Below are positions 45,876-55,167 of a stretch of 64,000 nucleotides of DNA, piece by piece; within the stretch, counting starts at the first letter, position 1, and every line of letters begins with the position of its first letter. Origin of the DNA: a virus (lineage: Duplodnaviria > Heunggongvirae > Uroviricota > Caudoviricetes). Location of the stretch: IMG/VR virus record IMGVR_UViG_3300027744_000008. One strand, 5' to 3'. The position numbers were made by a program, and so were the translations under genes. The notes beneath the pieces were generated by a model. It did not search any database and was not told the DNA's origin. It saw only the letters and a program-made list of their open reading frames with translations.

Positions 45876-47152
45876 ATGAGTGTGCTGGGTAAATCAAAAT
45901 AATAAAGTTTTTTTGTTTCATCTGGTTGATCGTCGAAGAATGTATATTGACTAGATTCTTTGATTTTTTCAAGCATACCTAGTTTAAAATTTACATTATC
46001 CCACACATAAAAAAGATATAGATCGTTATCAAAAGTAACATCATGTGGAACATGACTACCGGAAAAAACTAGTATACCAGATCTAGCAGTAATCTTAAAT
46101 TCATTGGGTCGTTGATGATCAGTATAAGAGCTTCTTAGTAGAGCAGGATTGCTGTAATAATTTGCTAAGTTGGGATCATCATCCGGTATTGGATTCCAGA
46201 ATCGATAGTCAATCCCACTGTCATTAAAAGTTAAACGAATAATTATAGTTAGTGTAAGTCTATTCTGCTCTGTAACACGATGTGTATGAACCAACAAAGA
46301 TTCATCTAGGCTTTTGTGACCCATCAGTACAGAAGCATGATCGCAATCGTCTATATAAGTTTCTGCAAGATCTTCTGCATCTTTATTCAACTTCATAAAT
46401 TTTTTATAGATATAGGGGTGTCGATCGATAGCGAACTGCATAGCATGATCAAACGTATGCATCAGTAACGAAATGGGAATTTTTCCTTTAGAGACAGTCA
46501 GGTCATGAGGTCTACGCACAATGTTACTGGTTCTTTCTTTGAGAAATCGACATCCAGTTAAACTAGGATCACTGGGTTTACACCATACACCTTCTCCATC
46601 ATAGCTAATCATGTGCCCAATGGGTATTATGTTTTTAACTACCCAGTCTAGATGATAAGGAATAAGTGTCCAGGAGATTAGTTGATTTTTTGGAGGATAA
46701 TGAGTATATGGAAACTCGCTATGATACCCATCATCGGATGTGTAACGACTAAATTTAGTTCCCACGGTGGCGTGTGCATTACTAAAACTAAGTATCAATT
46801 CATCATACTTGTCTCTATTTTTAGATGCCCATTTATCATATTCTTCTTTAGACCAAAATATAACACGCAATTCAGATCGAAGACCACCATCGGAATAATG
46901 CGGCTCAATATTAACCACTGCATCGGAACTGAGCAATAATTTATACAGATTAAAAATAGCTGTTTCATTTTGAGGATGCTCGTTAACTGATGCTATTTCT
47001 AGTACATTATAAACTGTGTAATAATTTTGTTGCATTTCTGTATCCATACTATTTAATTTTTCGTACAAAAGGTTTTGATAGCCCAAATAGCTGCCTATCT
47101 TTATTCCATACTTGTCCGGGCGGCAGACCAATCCTACTTCTTTTAATATCAA
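45872..47152 (-). CDS. Asp/Asn beta-hydroxylase (AspH/LpxO-like) family protein, long form
   Basis: HTHRVTEQNRLTLTIIIRL parallels HRHTGPENRTGEYIRIHIPL of neighbouring paralog. Confidence 0.45.
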   Translation of the reverse strand: MILKEVGLVCRPDKYGIKIGSYLGYQNLLYEKLNSMDTEMQQNYYTVYNVLEIASVNEHPQNETAIFNLYKLLLSSDAVVNIEPHYSDGGLRSELRVIFWSKEEYDKWASKNRDKYDELILSFSNAHATVGTKFSRYTSDDGYHSEFPYTHYPPKNQLISWTLIPYHLDWVVKNIIPIGHMISYDGEGVWCKPSDPSLTGCRFLKERTSNIVRRPHDLTVSKGKIPISLLMHTFDHAMQFAIDRHPYIYKKFMKLNKDAEDLAETYIDDCDHASVLMGHKSLDESLLVHTHRVTEQNRLTLTIIIRLTFNDSGIDYRFWNPIPDDDPNLANYYSNPALLRSSYTDHQRPNEFKITARSGILVFSGSHVPHDVTFDNDLYLFYVWDNVNFKLGMLEKIKESSQYTFFDDQPDETKKLYYFDLPSTLI

Positions 47153-47882
47153 TTAAAAATATCAATCGGTGACCGTTAGACAGATTGTGAGCACTATGTA
47201 CCAATTGATTATCAAAGGCAAATATATCACTCCAATTGATTTCTTCTCCGTCTACTTCAAAGAATAAATCACCGGGGGGAACAATTAATGGAATGTGAAT
47301 TCTAATATATTCTCCAGTCCTGTTTTCAGGACCAGTATGTCTGTGCAATACAGTATTTGGAGCCAAGTAACTATAACTGGCTATGGGACAATCGTTCCAA
47401 AATTCTTTAACTAGTCGATATGCCGTGGGGAAATTCTTTTCAGCATATTTGGGATCTATATCCCAATGTAGATCTGACGAAGGATCGTGATATTTAAATT
47501 CAACATTTTTCCATCCGTTGGGGTTGGCAAACGATTCGTTGTTATCATCTAGTGTAGTCCGCAGGATTTCAGTTACAACATCGGGAAACCGTGTTCCATT
47601 TGGATCCGGAGTTGGTACAAGATATCCGCCACGCTCAGAACTTTTTTGCATGACATTACGAGCTTTAACATTTATCGCTTCTTCAAGCGACTGACCTCTT
47701 AAGAATTCGTCTATTAGAGCCTGTCTAAAGCTCATTAGATATTCGGCAACTTCTAGAAACTCATGCCTTCTATAAATTGGTTGAGGATGTGTATCTTTTT
47801 CTGGATCGTAATTGGAGTCAATTTCTCCAAAGATATGACTATGCATTTGGTGCAAGAATGAGTGGAAGGCATGTTCTTTCAT
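47049..47882 (-). CDS. aspartyl/asparaginyl beta-hydroxylase family (LpxO-like) 2OG oxygenase
   Basis: VLHRHTGPENRTGEYIRIHIPLIVP...FEVDGEEINW...LVHSAHNLSNGHRLIFLIDI matches Asp_Arg_Hydrox core. Confidence 0.6.
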   Translation of the reverse strand: MKEHAFHSFLHQMHSHIFGEIDSNYDPEKDTHPQPIYRRHEFLEVAEYLMSFRQALIDEFLRGQSLEEAINVKARNVMQKSSERGGYLVPTPDPNGTRFPDVVTEILRTTLDDNNESFANPNGWKNVEFKYHDPSSDLHWDIDPKYAEKNFPTAYRLVKEFWNDCPIASYSYLAPNTVLHRHTGPENRTGEYIRIHIPLIVPPGDLFFEVDGEEINWSDIFAFDNQLVHSAHNLSNGHRLIFLIDIKRSRIGLPPGQVWNKDRQLFGLSKPFVRKIK

Positions 47883-47961
47883 TTTCAGGTTCCGTTATAC
47901 TATTTATTTTAAGATACTATTAGAGATAATTAATATTAGCAGTTTAAATTAAAGGACCAGC

Positions 47962-48369
47962 ATGTACGCATTTAAACATCGATATTATCACTCAGACGGT
48001 CATCCACTAGCAAGATTAGTACTTTCTTATGAAAATGAATTTGTAGAATTAATGCGGAAATGTTTCACTATTCAGGGCCTTAAACCTAAAATAAAAATTT
48101 TTAAAAGTCCTGATTATACATGGAACGAAATGTTATGGAGTTGGGACACCAAAGAAATATATCAACAATGGGTAGTAGTTGCAGGTGCAGACTGGCAACC
48201 AGCATTAGTTATCGGTTTACAATATAGTGATAGTGTAGGAGTAACACAAGTACGCGGGCAAGCTGATTGTGAGATAATGCCCACTGACGGGATGATAGAA
48301 ATAACTATGGACAAAGCAATACTAGATTACAAAACCAGTCATTTTATATTGTCTGAATCCACTAAGTAA
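47962..48369 (+). CDS. hypothetical protein
   Basis: ORF track. Confidence 0.4.
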   Translation: MYAFKHRYYHSDGHPLARLVLSYENEFVELMRKCFTIQGLKPKIKIFKSPDYTWNEMLWSWDTKEIYQQWVVVAGADWQPALVIGLQYSDSVGVTQVRGQADCEIMPTDGMIEITMDKAILDYKTSHFILSESTK

Positions 48370-48941
48370 TCTTTTAAAATTAGTTTAGCATTATTCATAG
48401 TAATAAAATTATTGTTTAAATCTTCTAATACCATTGATAACGATCTTCTTTTTCCGCTGAGTGTGACTACCGCATGTGGTACCCCAACTTGAATTAGACT
48501 AGGGAATTCAATTTTAGTTGAATAAATTTCATCCATTTGTTCTAATGTAAATGTTGTATAATTTCTAATAGAATTACTGGGTGTACGATCATTGATAGCA
48601 TAATTATAATCTAAGGGCATATTTGATTTAGGCAAGTACCAAGCTATTTTGTGATCATCACCCCACATCCAAATTAATTTGGACATATCACCTATACCGA
48701 GACAATCTGAATGAATCCCCCCATTGGTAATTGTTCCCCCATTGGGATTATAACAGTTAGGATATTCCTCATAGAAACTGGAAATTTTACTAATTTTTAT
48801 TCCCTTACTAAAGAAAAAATCTAGTAAGTCTGTCTTAATTAAATTTACTGGAATTAAGTTCCAAAAATCAGTTGATAATTCTTCTATTGGCATAATCAAC
48901 GGGTCAACATTAAGAGTTGTGTTGAAATGTAAATCAATCAT
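48339..48941 (-). CDS. 2OG-Fe(II) oxygenase-like protein (paralog family A)
   Basis: C-terminal GVPHAVVTLSGKRRSLSMVL similar to 53196 gene GAPHTVINSSNKNRWCVSIVL. Confidence 0.45.
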   Translation of the reverse strand: MIDLHFNTTLNVDPLIMPIEELSTDFWNLIPVNLIKTDLLDFFFSKGIKISKISSFYEEYPNCYNPNGGTITNGGIHSDCLGIGDMSKLIWMWGDDHKIAWYLPKSNMPLDYNYAINDRTPSNSIRNYTTFTLEQMDEIYSTKIEFPSLIQVGVPHAVVTLSGKRRSLSMVLEDLNNNFITMNNAKLILKDYLVDSDNIK

Positions 48942-49020
48942 TTTTAGGTTCCTCTAGATTATTTATTTTACAATAAGATTAGAGATAATTAATGTTAGCA
49001 GTTTAAATTAAAGGTAATAT

Positions 49021-49242
49021 ATGAACGGTAGAACATCGCAGGCAGCAGTAGAAATGGTGGGCAATAGATTTGATCTTATATTAATTTCCAGTCTGAGGGC
49101 CAGGGAATTACGTGCAGGCTATCCATCAAAATTAGCCAAGACCAATGGACCCATTATAACTGCATTAAATGAAATTGAGCAAGGGCTTGTTGGTAGAGAA
49201 TATCTAAAGAAAATTAAAGGTAAAACACGCTACGATAGGTAG
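49021..49242 (+). CDS. rpoZ: DNA-directed RNA polymerase omega subunit homolog
   Basis: AVEMVGNRFDLILISSLRARELRAG matches RpoZ signature ([21 protein letters not shown]). Confidence 0.7.
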   Translation: MNGRTSQAAVEMVGNRFDLILISSLRARELRAGYPSKLAKTNGPIITALNEIEQGLVGREYLKKIKGKTRYDR

Positions 49243-49251
49243 TTGGATTTT

Positions 49252-49345
49252 CCCTCTGTAGTTTAATGGTAAAACACCTGTTTTATACACAGCATCGTCG
49301 CCAGATTAGCGAGCGTTCTAGGTTCGAATCCTAGCAGAGGGACCA
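49252..49345 (+). tRNA. atypical tRNA: C1-G72/A73, anticodon loop uuUAUac (TAT) and about 24-nt variable region
   Basis: acceptor ccctctg/cagaggg, D gttt-aatggta-aaac, T ctagg-ttcgaat-cctag; identity uncertain. Confidence 0.45.
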
Positions 49346-49347
49346 TT

Positions 49348-50184
49348 TTGCTGATAAATACCAGTATGGACAAAAAAATAATTAACAAAATTAGAGAAAG
49401 TATTTTATCCGATAATGGCTACAACAAAGAATTTTCAACATCTGGGTCATTTCAAGGTCTACAACTTCCCCAGGAATATATAGACCGTATGACAGCACTA
49501 GGTGAGAAATATCAAGATATCAAGTGGTTGCCTTTAGACATACCAAAAATAGAAATCCCCGATATTGAAGAATTTAAAGCACTATGGGAAGAAGAATCTA
49601 TTGATACCCTTCGAACAAAAGTAGATGCGGCAGAACCCTGGCCCAAAGAGGATCACCCCAGGGGCATGGCTAGTAGTTGGCATGTGCCTTCGTTCAAAGG
49701 ACTGCATTTATACCAACATGAAATGTCCCCATTAGAGGATCATTCATGGACTGGCAAAGTCTACAAGGGCAACAACAAACAGCTAAAAAGAATTTTAGAA
49801 CAAGCATTTGAATATTTTCCAATACATACTTTTACTTCTATATTCATATGGCAAAGTGTTGAGGAAATTTATCCTCATCAGGATCAAGGAGCATTTTGGA
49901 AATGTCCCACTGAATTTCGGTGTATGTTACACGATGAAAATCCCGAGCCTACTCTGTATGTTGTAGACATTGAACGCGGAGACACAACCTACATAGATCT
50001 TCCAAAAGATACAAATAGTTTTTGTTGGAGTAACGGTACACAGCTACACGGCAGCGACTACAAGGGAAAGAAAAAATTTCTACTTGCTGTAGCCGGTGTT
50101 CAACATTCAGTCAAGTGCGAGGAATTGTTCGAACGCAGTATTGAAAAATATAAAGATCAACTCAATTATAAATTAGACTTGTAA
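49348..50184 (+). CDS. 2OG-Fe(II) oxygenase superfamily protein
   Basis: YPHQDQG (HxD) ... TQLHGS; starts right after tRNA. Confidence 0.45.
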   Translation: MLINTSMDKKIINKIRESILSDNGYNKEFSTSGSFQGLQLPQEYIDRMTALGEKYQDIKWLPLDIPKIEIPDIEEFKALWEEESIDTLRTKVDAAEPWPKEDHPRGMASSWHVPSFKGLHLYQHEMSPLEDHSWTGKVYKGNNKQLKRILEQAFEYFPIHTFTSIFIWQSVEEIYPHQDQGAFWKCPTEFRCMLHDENPEPTLYVVDIERGDTTYIDLPKDTNSFCWSNGTQLHGSDYKGKKKFLLAVAGVQHSVKCEELFERSIEKYKDQLNYKLDL

Positions 50185-50229
50185 TTCAGTTTTAAATCTA
50201 ATATTTCTACTCCGACAATAAGTAATTTT

Positions 50230-51105
50230 ATGAAAATAAAACCACTGAATAATTGCGGAGTAGAAATATTAGATTTGGATATTTCTACATTGTCCACGAC
50301 AGATTACGCAGAAATAAAAGATATCTTTTTAAACAACTTGATTGTAGTATTAAAAAATCAACCATTAAAAGTTGTTCCGTATGCTGGTCTAATCGAAGGC
50401 ATAGGAAAAATTGCCAATTGGGATCAAAGTGTATGGCGAATGGACGGATCTGTACTCTACGATGATTATAAGGGCTGTTACGTTGACCCATTTAACTATG
50501 TTGGTGCAGATGAAGACTTTCCTGTACAACGAGTAACCGGCAAAAAGATCAAAGGAGATCCAACAGGCATCTTTGGAGAAGGCAAACTTGATTGGCACAG
50601 TAACATGAACGGTCCTTTCAATAGGGCACGGGGTGTTGCACTACAAGGTGTATCGGAAGCCTGTGTTGGTACTAGTACTAGTTGGATGGATACTACATTG
50701 GCCTATGCTGCCATGAGTGACGAGTTAAAAACTCGTTGTCAAAACGTTGTTGGTAGATATGAATATGCTCCTGAAATATGGGCTGAAGGATTGCCCAAGT
50801 TTCAATATGATCTTATGTTAAAGAACAAAGAAGAATTCTATAACATGCCCTTGATAAATTTAAGTGACAAGGGCAAGCCCGGATTATATTTCCACTACAA
50901 CAATAAATGTACATTCCCTAGCGATCCAACATTATTAGAAGCTCTAAAAGAACACTGCTTTAAACCAGAATTTATATACACTCATGTTTGGGAGATAGGG
51001 GACATTGTGCTAAGTGATCAAGTATTAACCCTACACAAGCGAGATCAAGATGATCCTGCTATTCTAGCAGAACGTGTGCTACATAGATACACATTCCATT
51101 ATTAG
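50230..51105 (+). CDS. TauD/TfdA-like 2OG-dependent dioxygenase
   Basis: GKLDWHSNMNG (WH.D-like), C-terminal Arg; size 291 aa. Confidence 0.4.
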   Translation: MKIKPLNNCGVEILDLDISTLSTTDYAEIKDIFLNNLIVVLKNQPLKVVPYAGLIEGIGKIANWDQSVWRMDGSVLYDDYKGCYVDPFNYVGADEDFPVQRVTGKKIKGDPTGIFGEGKLDWHSNMNGPFNRARGVALQGVSEACVGTSTSWMDTTLAYAAMSDELKTRCQNVVGRYEYAPEIWAEGLPKFQYDLMLKNKEEFYNMPLINLSDKGKPGLYFHYNNKCTFPSDPTLLEALKEHCFKPEFIYTHVWEIGDIVLSDQVLTLHKRDQDDPAILAERVLHRYTFHY

Positions 51106-51421
51106 GACTTTAGTTTAATGGCAGAACATTACCGTGACATGGTAAAGATAATAGTTCAATTCTATTAAGTCCTACCAGAGAACAAGATAAGTACATTCAC
51201 AAAGAGAACCATATGAAACTACCATCAACCTTTAAATTATCAAAAGCAACCAAGCGTCGACTAGCAACTATACTTGACCCTCATCTACGAGGTGTCATCC
51301 GCAGAAGTTTAGCGCAGGCAGAATATGTTGCAAACCAAAAAGTCAAAACTTCTAAAGGCAGAGACGAGTAAGATTCATGCATCGATGATAGAATTGGTAA
51401 TACCAATTCTTAGGAAAAGAG

Positions 51422-51994
51422 TTGAATACATTATATCAATCTATCCACTTAGATACATTTAACTTGTTACAAGATTATACTGCTTCCGTCATGAAGGCAT
51501 ATGATCAAGAAAACATGCATGTTATCTATGTTGCTTTACCAAGTGATATACTAGAGAAATTTAACAGTGAGTTAAATTCCTTTGGATTGCCCAATCTTCG
51601 ATATGCCTACGCATTTAAAAGAAGATTGCACTTTACACCGGTCCACACAAATACACACATAGACTATGATATTACAAGTGATGCCATAGTAAACTGTTCA
51701 ATTGTGATCCCCGTCGAAGGATGCGAAAATACTAAAATGTTTTGGTTTGACGGTGAACGTGAAGAAACTATAATAAAAATGGAAGATGGCAATTCTTACG
51801 TAGACTTAAAATGGCTCGGGAGTGTTAAAAAATTAGATCAAATTGAGATCTACGATAGCCCGATGTTAGTAAATACTACGGTTCCGCACAGTGCTACCAG
51901 TAGCCGTGATAAGAGCTATAGAACAGTACTTACTGTACGACTCGAAGGAAACCCTAGTTTTAACGAAGTAAAAAGCAAATTTATGCGGGATTAG
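51422..51994 (+). CDS. hypothetical protein; stop codon lies inside tRNA-Gly 5' end
   Basis: ORF track. Confidence 0.4.
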   Translation: MNTLYQSIHLDTFNLLQDYTASVMKAYDQENMHVIYVALPSDILEKFNSELNSFGLPNLRYAYAFKRRLHFTPVHTNTHIDYDITSDAIVNCSIVIPVEGCENTKMFWFDGEREETIIKMEDGNSYVDLKWLGSVKKLDQIEIYDSPMLVNTTVPHSATSSRDKSYRTVLTVRLEGNPSFNEVKSKFMRD

Positions 51995-52059
51995 CTCAGT
52001 GGTAGAGCGAAACGTTGCCAACGTTTAGGTCATCGGTTCGACCCCGATATCCCGCTCCA
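51985..52059 (+). tRNA. tRNA-Gly(GCC), U73
   Basis: aaacg-uuGCCaa-cgttt; acceptor gcgggat/atcccgc. Confidence 0.8.
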
Positions 52060-52105
52060 AATATACAAAAATTTTGGTAAATAGTTATACTAGGAGGAGA
52101 CAACC

Positions 52106-52765
52106 ATGCTAGAAACTATGTCAGAACACAGCCATATTACCAAGGCTATCCACCGCAGTCAACACTGCCAACGCAACTGGGATCTAACTAAAGAAGTTCC
52201 AGAAGAAGATTTACAACTGCTGATCACTGCGGCTACACAATGCCCAAGTAAGCAGAACATTGCTTTCTATAAAGCACATTTTATTACAAATCGTGACATT
52301 ATTGAATCAGTACACGCAAACACAGTGGGATTTGGACGAAGCATGGATCCTACGGATCTAACAACAAACAGTCAAACATTGGCTAATTTACTTGTTGTTT
52401 TTGAAGACAACGATTTTACCAAGATGCTGGCCGAAGACACAGTCGTTAGATCAGCTGAAACTCAAGCATGGCTTGAAAGTGGTAAAACAGCAGACGAATG
52501 GGTACGTGATAGAGACATGGCCATTGGTATTGCCGCAGGTTATTTAAATCTAACAGCCAGCCTAATGGGTTATGGCACAGGTTGCTGTGCTTGTTTCGAC
52601 GGCATTGCTATCAAAGAACTACTGGGGCTGTCAGACACACCGGTATTGTTAATGGGCATTGGATTCAAGAATCCGTTGATGAATCGTAGAGTTCATCACA
52701 AAGAACATGATTTTGCTTTCCCAACTAAACCAAAACAACCTATACCAACAACAGTGTTACGTTAA
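52106..52765 (+). CDS. nitroreductase-family flavoprotein
   Basis: AIHRSQHCQRNWD...EDLQLLITAATQCPSKQN matches nitroreductase N-terminal consensus; RBS taggaggagac. Confidence 0.55.
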   Translation: MLETMSEHSHITKAIHRSQHCQRNWDLTKEVPEEDLQLLITAATQCPSKQNIAFYKAHFITNRDIIESVHANTVGFGRSMDPTDLTTNSQTLANLLVVFEDNDFTKMLAEDTVVRSAETQAWLESGKTADEWVRDRDMAIGIAAGYLNLTASLMGYGTGCCACFDGIAIKELLGLSDTPVLLMGIGFKNPLMNRRVHHKEHDFAFPTKPKQPIPTTVLR

Positions 52766-52770
52766 TCATA

Positions 52771-52797
52771 CAGGGCCCGCAGAGGCCCTGTTTTATT
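52771..52797 (+). terminator. rho-independent terminator (cagggcc-cgcaga-ggccctg + U-run)
   Basis: seen in sequence. Confidence 0.65.
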
Positions 52798-52830
52798 AGC
52801 ATAGCGCATTAAGGCAATAAATATGAGATC

Positions 52831-53196
52831 ATGATATTTCGAACTATTGCTACCTTTGAAAAACTAGAAACCAACATAGTAGATATACTGTGGAATAATC
52901 CCCATTACAGTCAACTATCAACATGCTATTTGTTTGAGGGTAATCCTTATTCTGTTATTGATCATAAATTATCAGAGGACAACTCCTACATAGAAATTTA
53001 CGTTGACTACCATACCGAACAATTTTATAGGATGTGGTATGAGGAGTTTAAAGACCAGTATGTTCCGTTGATTAAATTATCAGTTGACTCTCTTAAAGAA
53101 CAGGGAGTAGAAATTCATCATTACTTTGATCCTATAGATCTTTCGGGCTTACCAAAAAATCGCCAACTGATAACATCATTTGAGAGTAGATTCTAA
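52831..53196 (+). CDS. hypothetical protein
   Basis: ORF track. Confidence 0.4.
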   Translation: MIFRTIATFEKLETNIVDILWNNPHYSQLSTCYLFEGNPYSVIDHKLSEDNSYIEIYVDYHTEQFYRMWYEEFKDQYVPLIKLSVDSLKEQGVEIHHYFDPIDLSGLPKNRQLITSFESRF

Positions 53197-53765
53197 TGAA
53201 AGTTTATCAACATCTTGATCTAAACATTGGCTCCAGCATACTAGCGGATATAAGTATTTTGCACAAGGGCATAAAAGACCCCAATTTGGAACTCAGCTGG
53301 CATTGGGATTTAGAGTTATCAGACCTAAATCCCAAGTTCTTGGCCTTATTGAAAAGCAAGGATCTGCGTGTGATAAGCGCACAAGTTTTTAAAACTAATT
53401 TTTTTCATCCAATTTGGCCTATACATGTTGACACCGGAGTCGTTGGAGATTTTCCTAAGATGAATTGGGTCTACGGTAATCAAGAATGTCCAATGATTTG
53501 GTACAAAGAAAAAGATCCAACACATGTCAAAGTAGAAGAAATAACAGCTACTGGTGATACCTATTACATAATTGATCCCGACAGTGCGGAAGAGATGGCC
53601 AGAACATTTGTTAGAACTCCCACAATAGTACAAGCAGGTGCTCCACACACAGTTATAAATTCTAGTAATAAAAATCGTTGGTGCGTGAGTATAGTGTTAA
53701 AGAAGGGAGACGACTCGTTGACCTTTGACCAATTGGTCACTGAATTTAAAGACTACGCAGTATAA
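53196..53765 (+). CDS. 2OG-Fe(II) oxygenase-like protein (paralog family A)
   Basis: IHVDTG ... GAPHTVINSSNKNRWCVSIVL. Confidence 0.45.
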   Translation: MKVYQHLDLNIGSSILADISILHKGIKDPNLELSWHWDLELSDLNPKFLALLKSKDLRVISAQVFKTNFFHPIWPIHVDTGVVGDFPKMNWVYGNQECPMIWYKEKDPTHVKVEEITATGDTYYIIDPDSAEEMARTFVRTPTIVQAGAPHTVINSSNKNRWCVSIVLKKGDDSLTFDQLVTEFKDYAV

Positions 53766-53840
53766 CGGTCCTTGGTGAAATGGATATCATGCTTGTCTTC
53801 GAAACAAGCGGTGGGAGTTCGATCCTCTCAGGACCGACCA
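53766..53840 (+). tRNA. tRNA-Arg(TCG)
   Basis: cttgt-cuUCGaa-acaag; acceptor cggtcct/aggaccg. Confidence 0.7.
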
Positions 53841-53845
53841 AACAC

Positions 53846-53898
53846 GTTGTAAAAATACAACACTAAAGGTTGACACCCTGGTCAACAGAGTATATAAT
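53846..53898 (+). promoter_or_regulatory. hairpin gttgtaaaaatacaac followed by TTGACA-17-TATAAT promoter (module repeated at 61115)
   Basis: identical 16-nt hairpin at 61115..61130, each followed within about 10 nt by consensus -35/-10. Confidence 0.5.
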
Positions 53899-53945
53899 AA
53901 GTGCATAAGTTAAGAAATTAACTAAATGTTCTTTAAAAATTAATT

Positions 53946-54021
53946 GTCCCGTTCATCTAGAGGCCTAGGATACCGCCCTTTCACGGCGATCACACCAGTT
54001 CGAATCTGGTACGGGACGCCA
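53946..54021 (+). tRNA. tRNA-Glu(TTC) copy 2, G73
   Basis: ccgcc-cuUUCac-ggcga; acceptor gtcccgt/acgggac. Confidence 0.75.
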
Positions 54022-54173
54022 TTTGTTAGTAGCATAGCTCGTCGGCTAATGTACACAGCTAACCTTGTTTGGATCGGAGTCCTGTGATACTAGTAATTGA
54101 TTACCATAGGTAATTAACATCAGGCAGAGAAGAATAGTAAACTGTGCTACTAACAAATGGTAAGTAATAGAAA

Positions 54174-54257
54174 GCCCCGGTGATGTAATGGTAGCCATGC
54201 GAGTCTTAGAAGCTCGTGTCGAAAGGCGTGTCGGTTCGAGTCCGACCTGGGGCACCA
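54174..54257 (+). tRNA. tRNA-Leu(TAG), type II
   Basis: cgagt-cuUAGaa-gctcg; long variable arm. Confidence 0.75.
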
Positions 54258-54262
54258 ATATT

Positions 54263-54356
54263 GGAGAGTTGGGTGAGCGGCTTAAACCATCTTCCTGCTA
54301 AGAAGACGTACGGGCATAAACCTGTACCGAGGGTTCAAATCCCTCACTCTCCGCCA
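54263..54356 (+). tRNA. tRNA-Ser(GCT), type II
   Basis: tcttc-cuGCUaa-gaaga; long variable arm; G73. Confidence 0.8.
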
Positions 54357-54404
54357 AATTGTTTGATAAGTAATCAACGCTGGTAAGTAGTGCGTAATAA
54401 ATTT

Positions 54405-54478
54405 GCCCTTTTAGTTAAATGGTATAACAACTGTGTTGTAATCAGTTATTGGCAGTTCGATTCTGTCATGGGGCACCA
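54405..54478 (+). tRNA. tRNA-Thr(TGT) copy 2 (anticodon-loop variant of 43399 copy)
   Basis: identical to copy 1 except loop guUGUaa vs uuUGUaa. Confidence 0.65.
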
Positions 54479-54612
54479 TTAATTTTATTAAAATATACTT
54501 TCGTCTACATAGCCCAAACCCGGGGGAGCCTCGACAACGTCAAAGGAAATGTGTATAACACACGGTACAACAAGCATAAGACACTTGTTGGGAGTATATT
54601 TTAATAAAGTGT

Positions 54613-54686
54613 GCGGGGTTGGCATAGTGGTTGTGTTCTAGCCTTCCAAGCTAGCTAGAGGAGTTCGAATCTCCTACCCCGCTCCA
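54613..54686 (+). tRNA. tRNA-Gly(TCC), U73
   Basis: ctagc-cuUCCaa-gctag. Confidence 0.8.
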
Positions 54687-54693
54687 AATTTAT

Positions 54694-54939
54694 ATGATAG
54701 AATATATTATAACATTTTTTGCCTTGTTCTTTACAGATGTGTTTTACACATTCTACCTAAGAGCAGTGGCTAATGATCGTGCCATGGCCGCTAGTGCCTG
54801 GGCAGTTGTCGTGTACATTATTGCCAGTGTAGCAGTTATAAACTACACCACGGATCATTGGTCACTTATACCCGCAGGACTAGGTGCATTTTGTGGCACA
54901 TATGTTGGAATGAAAGTTAGAAAGAAATACGGTGTGTAG
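54694..54939 (+). CDS. small membrane protein embedded in tRNA array; stop codon inside tRNA-Pro 5' end
   Basis: ORF track; three hydrophobic helices. Confidence 0.4.
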   Translation: MIEYIITFFALFFTDVFYTFYLRAVANDRAMAASAWAVVVYIIASVAVINYTTDHWSLIPAGLGAFCGTYVGMKVRKKYGV

Positions 54940-55006
54940 CTCAGCCTGGTAGAGCTCTGCGTTTGGGACGCAGTGGTCGCATGTTCGAATCGTGTCACAC
55001 CGACCA
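54930..55006 (+). tRNA. tRNA-Pro(TGG), C1-G72, A73
   Basis: ctgcg-uuUGGga-cgcag. Confidence 0.8.
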
Positions 55007-55167
55007 AAGACAGCGGATAAGTTACATTATCCAGTATGAGTCGCTAAGGTAGCTAGCTAACCCTTAGGGCAGGTAATAGTACTAAGAGGGATGTAACAGG
55101 TGAGCAGTGATCTGCTTCAACGGGGATACCTCAAAAATGTTCTCCACCAATTAACAAAGGAATATAA

